DNA of 64,000 bases from a virus: positions 32,001-96,000 of the IMG/VR virus record IMGVR_UViG_3300023278_002686. One strand, written 5' to 3'. Within the stretch, counting starts at the first letter, position 1, and the number at the start of each line of letters is the position of its first letter. Below, piece by piece: positions 19,680 through 29,218 of the stretch. The position numbers and the translations under genes are program-made. The notes beneath the pieces were generated by a model. The model ran no database searches, was not told the origin of the DNA, and was given only the letters and a program-made list of their open reading frames with translations.

Positions 19680-19930
19680 TGTGGTTTGATATGTTACATA
19701 TAGTTCTACAAGATAATATAAAAGAATTTGCTATTTTAAGTTTTAATGCATTAAAAGGTAGTAGACATTTTTTAAGTTTTAGATGGGAAAAAGGATTTAG
19801 TGAAGAAGAACAAAAATATTATAAATTATTTAATATTCATCTCTTATTTAATTGGAATTATCATAGAATAAAATATTTAAAATTAAAACGTAAATATACT
19901 GCAAATTTTATTGATAATATTAAAAATTAA
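19679..19930 (+). CDS. hypothetical protein
   Basis: TAATG overlap. Confidence 0.5.
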   Translation: MWFDMLHIVLQDNIKEFAILSFNALKGSRHFLSFRWEKGFSEEEQKYYKLFNIHLLFNWNYHRIKYLKLKRKYTANFIDNIKN

Positions 19931-19939
19931 TTATATTAT
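19911..19939 (+). promoter_or_regulatory. sigma70-like promoter
   Basis: TTGATA-N17-TATTAT. Confidence 0.65.
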
Positions 19940-19945
19940 ATTAAT

Positions 19946-20506
19946 ATGAGTAATATATGGTATTCATCAGATTGGCATTTATCTCATCATAATTTAAGAA
20001 AAGTTTTTAGACCTCAATTTTCTTCAAGTGAAGAAATGGATTTATATATAATAGAAAAGTTTTTTTCTGAAGTTAAAAATGGAGATAGATTTTATTTCCT
20101 TGGAGATTTAGCTTGGAACAAACAAATAGGTCAACAATTTTTTGAAAGATTAAAAAAGACTAATATACAATTTTATTTTGTATATGGAAATCATGATAAG
20201 AAATTATGGAAAAAATCTTATCTTTCTAAATATTGTACTACACAACCATCGTGGATAAAAGATATTAAAATAGATAGTGTTAAAATAGCACTATGTCATT
20301 ATCCAATGTTATCATGGAATTGTAGTCATTATAATGCGTATATGCTTCACGGACATCATCATTCAAATGCTATGGATAGATTTCAAGGTAAAAGAATGAA
20401 TGTATGTTTAGACATGAGAAACTATCAATTTGTAACTCATGATGAAGTTTTAGAATATATGAAAAATCAACCAGATAACTGGGATTTAATTAAAAAGGAG
20501 AATTAG
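19946..20506 (+). CDS. phage metallophosphoesterase
   Basis: SDWHLSH, LGD, GNHD, CHYP, LHGHHH. Confidence 0.88.
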   Translation: MSNIWYSSDWHLSHHNLRKVFRPQFSSSEEMDLYIIEKFFSEVKNGDRFYFLGDLAWNKQIGQQFFERLKKTNIQFYFVYGNHDKKLWKKSYLSKYCTTQPSWIKDIKIDSVKIALCHYPMLSWNCSHYNAYMLHGHHHSNAMDRFQGKRMNVCLDMRNYQFVTHDEVLEYMKNQPDNWDLIKKEN

Positions 20507-20743
20507 ATGACTATTACACAGGAAACAAAAGAAAAAATTGAAAAGACTTTTAAGAGTATTTATTCTAACAAGGAAGATATTAGTGATTTAGGTAAAGCTA
20601 ATAGCGGTTTATTAGAAACACTTTCTAGTGATTTAGAAGTAGAAAAGAAAGTTATAACCAAAACGTATAAAAAATGGGTAGAAACTAGAAAAGGTGATGA
20701 TTCTTCTGATCAAGCAGATGAAATTTTTGAGTATATAAGATAG
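20507..20743 (+). CDS. small helical protein, possibly T4 DsbA/GapR-like DNA-binding
   Basis: Size and helix pattern (DLEVEKKVI...acidic tail) only. Confidence 0.35.
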   Translation: MTITQETKEKIEKTFKSIYSNKEDISDLGKANSGLLETLSSDLEVEKKVITKTYKKWVETRKGDDSSDQADEIFEYIR

Positions 20744-20745
20744 AT

Positions 20746-21153
20746 ATGACAACAGAAAATACAAAACTTTTTAACCTATTTAAAGAAGAATGTTTATATT
20801 GGATTAATGAATTTTCATTAAATGATTGGGAAGTATCATTTGATCGTACTGATGATTATGAATGTGTTGCAAAGATATGTTGGAATACGTTAGCTAAAAA
20901 TGCTACAATTGTATTATCTAGTAGATTAGATAAAGAAAGTTCTCATGAGTTTTATATTAGAGGAGCAGCTTTTCATGAAGTATGTGAGTTATTATTAAGT
21001 TATTTAGTTGATGAATTAATTCCAATATATGCATCTGAATATATTCAAGAAAAAGTGCACTCAATTATTAGAAGATTAGAAAATACATTTTTTAATAAAA
21101 AATATGACAAATTAAGAAAAGATTATATTAATAAATTAGGGAGTTACAAATGA
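20746..21153 (+). CDS. hypothetical protein with zincin-like HExxE motif
   Basis: AFHEVCELL. Confidence 0.5.
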   Translation: MTTENTKLFNLFKEECLYWINEFSLNDWEVSFDRTDDYECVAKICWNTLAKNATIVLSSRLDKESSHEFYIRGAAFHEVCELLLSYLVDELIPIYASEYIQEKVHSIIRRLENTFFNKKYDKLRKDYINKLGSYK

Positions 21154-21704
21154 ATTTATGTGAAATATGCAAAGACGATAGAAAAATTTTCTATTCAACA
21201 AAATGTAAACAATCTCTTTGCGTAAAACATTATATGCAATTGAAAAGATTTGAAAAAATAAGAGATAATACACCGTCTATTCCTAAAAAAAATAACGAAT
21301 GGATTAAGAAAAAAGATCATTATATATTACGTATTCATACTAAAAATAAGTATAATGATGTTTTAATTGATTTAAATGATTTTGCAAAAGTATCTAGATA
21401 TCATTGGAATATTATTTCTAATAGATATGTTATACATGCAAAATCTAAAACTTATTTATCTAATTTACTATTAAATTCTAAAGATGTTAATAAAAAAGTT
21501 TTACATATAGATGGAAATAGTCTAGATAATAGAAAAGAAAATTTAAAAATAATTGATATACATAAATATTTAGAAAAAGGAATTTCTTTTGATAAAGATA
21601 CAGGCAAATATGTAATATATTTATATATGGGTAGATATAATACATTAAAAGAAGCTCAAACAAAGAAAAAAACTTTTGATAAAATATTACAGGAGATGAA
21701 ATGA
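21150..21704 (+). CDS. HNH homing endonuclease-like protein
   Basis: VLHIDGNSLDNRKENL followed by truncated AP2-like KGISFDK...YMGRY. Confidence 0.75.
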   Translation: MNLCEICKDDRKIFYSTKCKQSLCVKHYMQLKRFEKIRDNTPSIPKKNNEWIKKKDHYILRIHTKNKYNDVLIDLNDFAKVSRYHWNIISNRYVIHAKSKTYLSNLLLNSKDVNKKVLHIDGNSLDNRKENLKIIDIHKYLEKGISFDKDTGKYVIYLYMGRYNTLKEAQTKKKTFDKILQEMK

Positions 21705-22219
21705 TTTTAATTACAAAAATATGGAATGTTAAAACGCCTACAAGAGGATCTGAATTATCTGCTGGATTAGATTTTTATATACCGGAAGCGACTCCTGAGT
21801 TTATAGGAATTTTATCCTGGAAAAATGGATTAGATCTTAATATTTTTGAGGAAAACCCTGAAATTAAGATTTTTCCTTTCGAGAAAATAATTATTCCTTC
21901 CGGTATTAAAGTAAAAATTCCTAAAGATAAAGTATTAGTTGCTTTCAATAAATCAGGAATAGCTCTTAAAAAAGGATTAGATGTTGGTGCTAGTGTAGTA
22001 GATGCTGACTATGAAGGTGAAATTCATATACATCTTACGAATACAACACAAACAATAAAAGTTTTAAAATTTGGACAAAAAGCAGTACAATTTTTATTAT
22101 TAGATATAAATTATGATAAAATATTAGAAGTTACAGGAGAAGAACTTGAAAAAAGACATGTACTGGATCATAATAGTGATAGAGGTTCAGGTGGATTTGG
22201 AAGTACAGGATTAACATAA
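21701..22219 (+). CDS. dut: trimeric dUTPase
   Basis: SAGLD, NKSG, VVDADYEGEI, RGSGGFGSTG. Confidence 0.93.
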   Translation: MILITKIWNVKTPTRGSELSAGLDFYIPEATPEFIGILSWKNGLDLNIFEENPEIKIFPFEKIIIPSGIKVKIPKDKVLVAFNKSGIALKKGLDVGASVVDADYEGEIHIHLTNTTQTIKVLKFGQKAVQFLLLDINYDKILEVTGEELEKRHVLDHNSDRGSGGFGSTGLT

Positions 22220-22563
22220 TGGGATTATTTAAAAAACCAATTTATGAACATAATGATTTTAATCAAGAAAATGATATGTCTTTAACTTCCATGGATATGT
22301 TAATTAATGAAGTATATATTCAAGAAATACATAGAGATTTTTTAGAAAATAAAGTTATATTATATAATGAATTAACTAAAAGAAAAGAAGATATAAAAGA
22401 AAAGCATCCTAATTTATCTGAAGAAATATGTATTCGAAATGCATGTTCTTTTTTAGCTTTTCCTTTTTCTGGGAAAATTCAAATGGAAGAAGATGAATTA
22501 AAAAAAGTTTCTAATGAGTTATATCATCTTTATTTTAAGTTAAAAGAATTAATAAACGATTAA
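22219..22563 (+). CDS. hypothetical protein
   Basis: TAATG overlap. Confidence 0.55.
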   Translation: MGLFKKPIYEHNDFNQENDMSLTSMDMLINEVYIQEIHRDFLENKVILYNELTKRKEDIKEKHPNLSEEICIRNACSFLAFPFSGKIQMEEDELKKVSNELYHLYFKLKELIND

Positions 22564-22575
22564 GAGGAGACTAAT

Positions 22576-23670
22576 ATGAGCATTGGAATATTAAAATTAG
22601 GTGGAAGATTAACCTGGGATGCAGTAGATAAAACAGGTGGCTTAGGAGAAGCGAAAGCTATTTGTGAACTTCTTGCAAAACATAGAAAATTATATATATA
22701 TACGAAAATAAATAATAAAGACAATCTTAATCCAAAACATAATATTAATATATGGGATATAAATACTGTTCATGATTCTTTAGATGATCATGACATATTA
22801 ATAATATTTAATGGACATGTTAATTTTTATGGTGGAGCAGAAAATCCTGAGCAAATAAAGATTTATGAACTAATTAATAAATTTAAAGGTAAAATATTCT
22901 ATATACTTATAGATCCTAATTTGTATTTAAAACAAATATGGAATTCTGTAGAAAAAAAAGAATGGGGATCTAAATATTCTAAAGAGGATATTTTTATTAC
23001 ACGAAATGACATTAATATAATTACTTCTATCTATAATAGAGAAGCAGGTGTCATGCTGTGGAGTAAAGGAAAAATTCCATTTAAAACTTATAATTATTTT
23101 TCATTTGAAAAGTATCCTATGATATTTGCAATGCTTCAGCCTACTTCTAATTTAAAATATGATATATTATATATGGGAACATTCAGAAATGGAAAACGTC
23201 AAGATAAAATGATTAAATATTATTTTGGACATAAATATATAAATTCTATATTTATTGGAAAAACAAAACTTAAAGATTTTACTAAAAAATATTCTGAATT
23301 GATACCTGAGTTTTTACCTCCAGTCCAATTTAAAGATATAGGAACTGAAGTAAATCAATCAATTGCTCATGTATGTATAGGAGATAAATTTTATGAAGGA
23401 AATATTCTTACACCTAGAATATATGAGTGTATAAACTTTAATACTATCTGTTTTATAGATTCTGATCTAGATAAAAATAGATATATATTTGGAGATAATG
23501 ACTATTTTTATGTATCTTCGAGAGAAGAAGTTGAAGAAAAAGTTTTAGAATTAAAAAACAATATAGATTTTAGATTAGAAATGTTACAAAAACAAAGAGA
23601 ATTGATAAATTTTGATATTGATAATTACTCACAAAGATTATATAATATTCTTATAGGAGCTAAAATATGA
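22576..23670 (+). CDS. bgt: DNA beta-glucosyltransferase homolog (T4 BGT-like)
   Basis: Colinear with recalled T4 BGT: VNFYGG (INFFGG), YILID (YLFTD, catalytic Asp), YMGTFRNGKR (YGGSFRSGQR), IGDKFY (IGDKNY), TPRIYE (TLRVWE). Confidence 0.88.
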   Translation: MSIGILKLGGRLTWDAVDKTGGLGEAKAICELLAKHRKLYIYTKINNKDNLNPKHNINIWDINTVHDSLDDHDILIIFNGHVNFYGGAENPEQIKIYELINKFKGKIFYILIDPNLYLKQIWNSVEKKEWGSKYSKEDIFITRNDINIITSIYNREAGVMLWSKGKIPFKTYNYFSFEKYPMIFAMLQPTSNLKYDILYMGTFRNGKRQDKMIKYYFGHKYINSIFIGKTKLKDFTKKYSELIPEFLPPVQFKDIGTEVNQSIAHVCIGDKFYEGNILTPRIYECINFNTICFIDSDLDKNRYIFGDNDYFYVSSREEVEEKVLELKNNIDFRLEMLQKQRELINFDIDNYSQRLYNILIGAKI

Positions 23671-25478
23671 AAGTAACTATATTTAGTGGAGGAACTGGAA
23701 GTATTGCTTTATCTACAGGATTAAAGAAATTATTTCCTGAAATAGAAATTACTCATTTATTAAATGCTTATGATGATGGTAAATCTACTGGGATTGTAAG
23801 AAAAATGTATAACTGTTTAGGACCCTCAGATATTCGAAAAGTTCAATGGTTATATTATTCTTTATCACATAAAAATATAGATAAAAGATTAGAAGTTTTA
23901 TATAATGATAGAGTTGATTTAAATAAGATAGATGTTAAAAAATATTTAGATCTTTTTAAAGATAATGAATACTTTGGTTTTAAAAAATATTTAAATAAAG
24001 CTTTTAATTTATTTATAGACAATATAGATCATTATTTTGTCTTGAACTCAGACAATATGAAAGATTTTAATTTAATGAACTTAGTATATGCTTCTATGTT
24101 TAGTCATCCTGAATTTGGATATAAGTCTACTATAGACTACTTTAATAAAGTATTAGGAATAGAAGATACGATAGATTTAGTGTCTTATGATAATTTAAGT
24201 CTATGTGCTACTACTAAATATAATAAAGAATTAATTTGTGAAGCTGATATTGTAAATTATAATAATCCTAATGATAAAATACAATCAATTTATTTTGTAG
24301 ATTCTAGTGAAAACTATCAAACTCCTTTAATGAATCCAAAAATAAAGACTTATATAGAAGAAAGTGATATGATAATTATTTCTCCAGGAACTGAATGGAG
24401 TAGTTTAATTCCATCATTTATAGATCAAGAAGAGGAAATTATTAATTTAATCAGAAATCATCCATTAGTTATTAAAGTAATAAATAATGAATATGATTTA
24501 GATAGTGTAGGAGTTTCTAATAAAGAAATAATATCTCATTATAGAATTTTATTTGAAAATTTGAATAATTTTAATATAATTATTAATTTAGATGCAAGAA
24601 AAGAATTACAAATGTTAGATTTACCTAGTGAGTGTGGCATATATATACAACAAATGGATAATATAGATGGAAAACATAATCCTGATAAATTAGCTAAGTT
24701 TATACTTAACATTTTTTTAAGAAAAAAAGGATTTTTACAAAATACTATTCTTATAGATTTTGATGATACTTTATGGCAAAGACTTGAAAAAAATGAAGAA
24801 ATATCTATAGAAAATATAAAACTTTTAAATGAACTTGGTAAATATAAAAAAATCCACATCATATCAGGTAATTCATATGAAAGTATTAAATCTAAATTAT
24901 TAAAAGTATTTACTTTAAAAGAATTTTATAATTTAAACTTTAGTATAAGAGCAGATGGTGGAAGTAATTTATATGAACAAGACCAAATAGTTACTTATTT
25001 AGAAGATAATTATGTATGTCAAAGTACAATAGATTTAGTAGAAAATGTAATTAATACTCATAAAGAATTATTAGGTAATGATTCTATACACTTTGAAAAA
25101 AGAGGAATACGCCCTGATGATAGAGTAACCTGTTTAGCTATTAAGCCTATTTCTAAATTATTAAGAAAATTATTTTGTGAATATTTAAATTTACATTTAG
25201 AAAAAGAAAATGTAAGCGGAATTGGTATTGAAACTGGTTTCGCTACAATTGAAGTTAAATGGTTTCGTTTTAATAAGTCTCTAATGTTAGAACATATTCC
25301 AGATTTAGAGAATACCATCTATATAGGTGATGAGTGTGATTACTTAAATGGAAATGATTATGAAATTTCTAAAAAATGTACTGATTATTATAATGTAGAT
25401 TCTATAAAAGAAACTAATACATTATTAAAAGTATTATTATTTTATAAGAAAAGAAAAGAAAATGAAACAAATACTTAA
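23667..25478 (+). CDS. CofD/YvcK-family phosphotransferase domain fused to HAD (IIB, phosphomannomutase-like) domain
   Basis: N-term FSGGTGS, AYDDGKSTG, GPSDIRK, ISPGT..SSL, KHNP..LA; C-term IDFDDTL, ISGN, NK, YIGDE...GNDYEI. Confidence 0.8.
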   Translation: MKVTIFSGGTGSIALSTGLKKLFPEIEITHLLNAYDDGKSTGIVRKMYNCLGPSDIRKVQWLYYSLSHKNIDKRLEVLYNDRVDLNKIDVKKYLDLFKDNEYFGFKKYLNKAFNLFIDNIDHYFVLNSDNMKDFNLMNLVYASMFSHPEFGYKSTIDYFNKVLGIEDTIDLVSYDNLSLCATTKYNKELICEADIVNYNNPNDKIQSIYFVDSSENYQTPLMNPKIKTYIEESDMIIISPGTEWSSLIPSFIDQEEEIINLIRNHPLVIKVINNEYDLDSVGVSNKEIISHYRILFENLNNFNIIINLDARKELQMLDLPSECGIYIQQMDNIDGKHNPDKLAKFILNIFLRKKGFLQNTILIDFDDTLWQRLEKNEEISIENIKLLNELGKYKKIHIISGNSYESIKSKLLKVFTLKEFYNLNFSIRADGGSNLYEQDQIVTYLEDNYVCQSTIDLVENVINTHKELLGNDSIHFEKRGIRPDDRVTCLAIKPISKLLRKLFCEYLNLHLEKENVSGIGIETGFATIEVKWFRFNKSLMLEHIPDLENTIYIGDECDYLNGNDYEISKKCTDYYNVDSIKETNTLLKVLLFYKKRKENETNT

Positions 25479-26175
25479 ATTTAAAGAACTATTTGAAAAA
25501 TGTTCTAATGAACGATTTAAAAACTATAAAGAGATTATGGATTTTTGTCAATTGAAATCAAGTAAATTAAATGATATATGGTTTAATAGTAATAAGACAG
25601 ATTATAGTGTATATGAACATAATGATTATATTTATGATATGTTTATATGTTATGGTTTTTATTCTAGTGCAGCTATTAGATATATGATAAAATATTTTAA
25701 AGAAAATATTTCTAATTGGAAAGATTTAACTTATTTTGATGATTATAATGGAATTGGATTAACTACACTTCATTTATTAAATGAAGAATTAAAATCATAT
25801 TATTTTAATGATAATAAAATTCAATTAAATACCTTTAAAAAGTTATGTGAATCATATAAATTTGATATTCCAATTTTAGATAAAAATAAAAAAAATATAT
25901 ATGATGTATATATTAGTTTGGAAATAATAGAACACTATAAAGAACCTTTAAAGTATTTAAAAGAAGCAACTAATAGGATTAAAGATAATGGATATTTAAT
26001 ATATACTACAACATTTAATCCTTTATTTTTAGGTCATCATCATGAATATATAATAGATGGTAAAATTTATTTACCTAAAAAAACTAATAGAATAGTAAAT
26101 TCTTATTTAAGAGAAAATTTTGAACTTTTATTTAGAGGATTTAATGGATTACCAAAAATTTATAAAAAGAAGTAA
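25462..26175 (+). CDS. class I SAM-dependent methyltransferase
   Basis: Motif I-like FDDYNGIGLT, YDVYISLEIIEH, IKDNGYL. Confidence 0.7.
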   Translation: MKQILKFKELFEKCSNERFKNYKEIMDFCQLKSSKLNDIWFNSNKTDYSVYEHNDYIYDMFICYGFYSSAAIRYMIKYFKENISNWKDLTYFDDYNGIGLTTLHLLNEELKSYYFNDNKIQLNTFKKLCESYKFDIPILDKNKKNIYDVYISLEIIEHYKEPLKYLKEATNRIKDNGYLIYTTTFNPLFLGHHHEYIIDGKIYLPKKTNRIVNSYLRENFELLFRGFNGLPKIYKKK

Positions 26176-26178
26176 TAT

Positions 26179-26919
26179 ATGAAAAAATTAGGAATTATAT
26201 TAGCTGCGGGAAAACAATCTAGAATAAATTCTTTAATACCTAAAGCTTTGTTTCATCACAATGGAGAATTTCTTTTAGAAAAAAATATTCAAGTAATGAA
26301 AAAATATGTAGATAAAATCTATGTCATAATAGATGAAGATAAACTTTCTTTTTATCCGAAAGAAAAAGATAGAGAATATATTTTAATAAATCCCGGAGGT
26401 GGAACTGGTCATTCACTATATAATGCATTAATTAAATGTAATCAAATAATATCTAATAGATTTGATAAAGAATATATCATTAAATGGTCAGATGCTTTTC
26501 ATGACGATTATTTTTATGAAGAATTATTTAAATATGATGTTTCGAATTATTTAAGTAAAGTTTTGATAAGTAAAATAAAAAATCCTTATGTAGAATTCAT
26601 TATGACTGAAAATATTTGTCAAAAAATATTATTTTCAAAAAATGGAGATATATGTTCTAAAGAAGGATATCAAGATGCTTCTATATTTTCTTTTAATGGA
26701 AAAAGTTTGTATCTATTATTAACAATATTTGTTAGTCAATATTATAATTTTCAGATAAAAGGCATACAATATAATACAACTAATCAAGAATTTAACTTAT
26801 TAGATTTATATAATATTAGTCCATCTTTAACTAAAACTACAAAATGGATTTATATAGATCGACTTCCTAAATCATTTAATACAATAGAAGAATATGAAGA
26901 AAATTTTGATATTTCATAA
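26179..26919 (+). CDS. nucleotidyltransferase (NTP_transferase/MobA-like fold)
   Basis: IILAAGKQSR...PKAL, GGGTG, WSD, FNT.EE C-terminal motif. Confidence 0.8.
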   Translation: MKKLGIILAAGKQSRINSLIPKALFHHNGEFLLEKNIQVMKKYVDKIYVIIDEDKLSFYPKEKDREYILINPGGGTGHSLYNALIKCNQIISNRFDKEYIIKWSDAFHDDYFYEELFKYDVSNYLSKVLISKIKNPYVEFIMTENICQKILFSKNGDICSKEGYQDASIFSFNGKSLYLLLTIFVSQYYNFQIKGIQYNTTNQEFNLLDLYNISPSLTKTTKWIYIDRLPKSFNTIEEYEENFDIS

Positions 26920-26933
26920 GTTTTTTATATTAT
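26906..26933 (+). promoter_or_regulatory. sigma70-like promoter for nucleotide-precursor genes
   Basis: TTGATA-N16-TATTAT. Confidence 0.6.
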
Positions 26934-26950
26934 ATATATAAGGAGATAAC

Positions 26951-27502
26951 ATGGTAGTAATATTTGAAGGTCCTGATAATGTAGGAAAAGGAACTCAAAT
27001 TAGAAATATATTTCAAGAATTAAGTAAATCAAAACCTACACATACATTACATTATTCAGGAATTAAAAGAGATTTTTCTGAGGATGCTTTAAAAGATTCT
27101 AAAAAAATATATAAAAGTATGTTTAGATTATTAAATCAAAATTATATTCAATCTAATTTTATTTTAGATCGAAGTCATTTAGGTGAGTATGTTTATGGAC
27201 ATTTGTATAGAAAATATGATCCTAGTTATATATTTGATTTAGAAAAATCTATATTTCCAGGAATGATGAGCCAAACTTACTTATTAATGTTCATAGATAA
27301 CCCTATGAACCTCATCAAAAGAGATGATGGACTTTCTTTATCTACAAAAAAAAGATATAAGATTATAGAATTATATAGATTTCAAGAAGCTTTTAAATTA
27401 TCACATATCAAAAATAAATTTCTAATAGATATAGAAGGAAAAGATATTAATGATGTTAAACAAGAAATATTTAATTATTTAGACATTGAGGGAGATCTAT
27501 AA
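26951..27502 (+). CDS. thymidylate-kinase-like dNMP kinase
   Basis: IFEGPDNVGKGT P-loop, LDRSHLGEYVYG. Confidence 0.85.
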   Translation: MVVIFEGPDNVGKGTQIRNIFQELSKSKPTHTLHYSGIKRDFSEDALKDSKKIYKSMFRLLNQNYIQSNFILDRSHLGEYVYGHLYRKYDPSYIFDLEKSIFPGMMSQTYLLMFIDNPMNLIKRDDGLSLSTKKRYKIIELYRFQEAFKLSHIKNKFLIDIEGKDINDVKQEIFNYLDIEGDL

Positions 27503-28230
27503 TGCTAAGATATAATGAAATAACTATGTTACATTTTTTTAAAGATCTCTATAAGAAAGTAAAAGATGAAGATTTTGTAGTAGACAAATCTGGAGTCAAG
27601 ATGGCTGAAATAATAGCTCCAAAATTTGAATTGAATCCTAAACAAAAAATATTAAATTTTAATGAGACAAGAAAAACTCCTGAGAAATATGCTGAACAAG
27701 AATTAGCTTGGTATGATTCTCAAAGTCTTTCTATTAAAGGATATGTTGATAATGTAAAGATATGGCAACAAGTATCTTCATATAAGAAAGAAGTAAATTC
27801 TAATTATGGATGGTGTATTTATTCCCCTGATAATTATAGTCAATATTATAATTGTTTAAAAGAATTAATTAGAAATAAAGATTCAAGAAGAGCCGTTATG
27901 ATTTATCAAAGACCATCTATGTGGTTAGATTATAATAAAGATGGTATGTCAGATTTTATATGCACAGATGGGAGCCAATTATTTATAAGAAATAATAATA
28001 AAGGTGAAGACACTTTAATATATATTGTGAAACAAAGATCTATGGATATGATTTATGGGTTTTTTAATGATTTTTATTGGCATGGTATAGTATATGAACG
28101 AATGCTTAAAGATTTAAAAAAGACATATCCGAATTTAAATAATGGAAAGATAATATATGTTCCATTTTCGGCCCACGTATATGAAAAACATTTTAGTATG
28201 CTAAAGGAGATTGTTAATTGTGAAAAATAA
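27502..28230 (+). CDS. dCMP hydroxymethylase-like thymidylate synthase homolog (T4 gp42-like)
   Basis: ELAWY, VNSNYGW, IYQRPSM.LDYNKDGMSDFICT, QRSMD, GFFND (Asp = dCMP specificity), HVYEKHF. Confidence 0.9.
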   Translation: MLRYNEITMLHFFKDLYKKVKDEDFVVDKSGVKMAEIIAPKFELNPKQKILNFNETRKTPEKYAEQELAWYDSQSLSIKGYVDNVKIWQQVSSYKKEVNSNYGWCIYSPDNYSQYYNCLKELIRNKDSRRAVMIYQRPSMWLDYNKDGMSDFICTDGSQLFIRNNNKGEDTLIYIVKQRSMDMIYGFFNDFYWHGIVYERMLKDLKKTYPNLNNGKIIYVPFSAHVYEKHFSMLKEIVNCEK

Positions 28231-28651
28231 AATTGAATATTTTAAAAAGATAGCTCTTGAGACTGAAAATAATTCTACATGTGGTAGATTACATGTAGGA
28301 GCTGTTTTAGTAAAAGACGAGCGTATAATTTCTATAGGTTGGAACGGAACTCTTCCAGGAAAAATACATTGTGAAAATTTATTTGCAAAGAAAAAACTTA
28401 CATTAGCAACACACCATGAATGGTCATTAAAAAATGAACTTCATGCTGAAATGAATTTATTAATGTTTTGTGCAAAAAATGGAATTAAAACAAAAGGTTG
28501 TGAAGTATTTATTACAGTAAGTCCTTGTATGCTATGTACAAAATTGATAATTGCTGCAGGGATTAAAAAAGTTTATTTTATTTTGCAATATAATGATTTT
28601 GATGAAGTATTTAAATCTTTTAGAAAGGATTTAAAGTTTATACAAATTTAA
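28211..28651 (+). CDS. dCMP deaminase
   Basis: STC.R..VGA, GWNG, LHAEMN, SPCMLC; start may be GTG at 28220. Confidence 0.9.
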   Translation: MLIVKNKIEYFKKIALETENNSTCGRLHVGAVLVKDERIISIGWNGTLPGKIHCENLFAKKKLTLATHHEWSLKNELHAEMNLLMFCAKNGIKTKGCEVFITVSPCMLCTKLIIAAGIKKVYFILQYNDFDEVFKSFRKDLKFIQI

Positions 28652-28662
28652 CTATATAAATA
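28651..28662 (+). promoter_or_regulatory. late promoter motif at head of glycan island
   Basis: ACTATA TAAAT A. Confidence 0.6.
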
Positions 28663-28683
28663 TTATATAAAGTAGGAGCATAT

Positions 28684-29217
28684 ATGTTAAAAAATAAATT
28701 AAAACAATTTTTAATTTTATTTATAATTGGATTCGTTTCATATATTTGTTTAGAGGTTTTTTTCGGATCAAGTTCTGGAGCTTTTTTTAAAGAAGCATTT
28801 TGTTTAGATAAATCTTATTGGAGTCTAATGGGGATGTCATCTATGTGGATGGGATTAGTTGGTGGAATTACTTTTATTTCTTTAGGTTTAATTAACGAAA
28901 ATAAATTTATTCGATTTAAAGTACCATATATATTACAATTTATTTTAGGTGGATTAATAATTACTGGATATGAATTATTATCTGGAATAATTTTAAATTT
29001 AGGGTTAGGCTTAAATATTTGGGATTACTCTACTAGATTTTGGAATTTCTTAGGTCAAATTAATTTATATACTTCAATAATTTGGTTTATAATTTCTCCT
29101 TTTGGATTTTGGTTAGATGATTTAATACGTAATCTTTTTAAGTGTAGATGGTTTGGTACAAAATCATTAGGAACATATTATTTAAATGTTATATTAAATA
29201 AACATCCTTGGAAATAG
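28684..29217 (+). CDS. 4-TM membrane protein (CmpB/TMEM229-like putative permease)
   Basis: YICLEV, WMGLVGG, ITGYELLSG, IWDYS..WNFLGQINL. Confidence 0.75.
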   Translation: MLKNKLKQFLILFIIGFVSYICLEVFFGSSSGAFFKEAFCLDKSYWSLMGMSSMWMGLVGGITFISLGLINENKFIRFKVPYILQFILGGLIITGYELLSGIILNLGLGLNIWDYSTRFWNFLGQINLYTSIIWFIISPFGFWLDDLIRNLFKCRWFGTKSLGTYYLNVILNKHPWK

Positions 29218-29218
29218 A

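Noticed and set aside
27502-28230. Ordinary thymidylate synthase ThyA
   Set aside because: It has the gp42-type DYNKDGMSDF.C and GFFND Asp, and ThyX is already present
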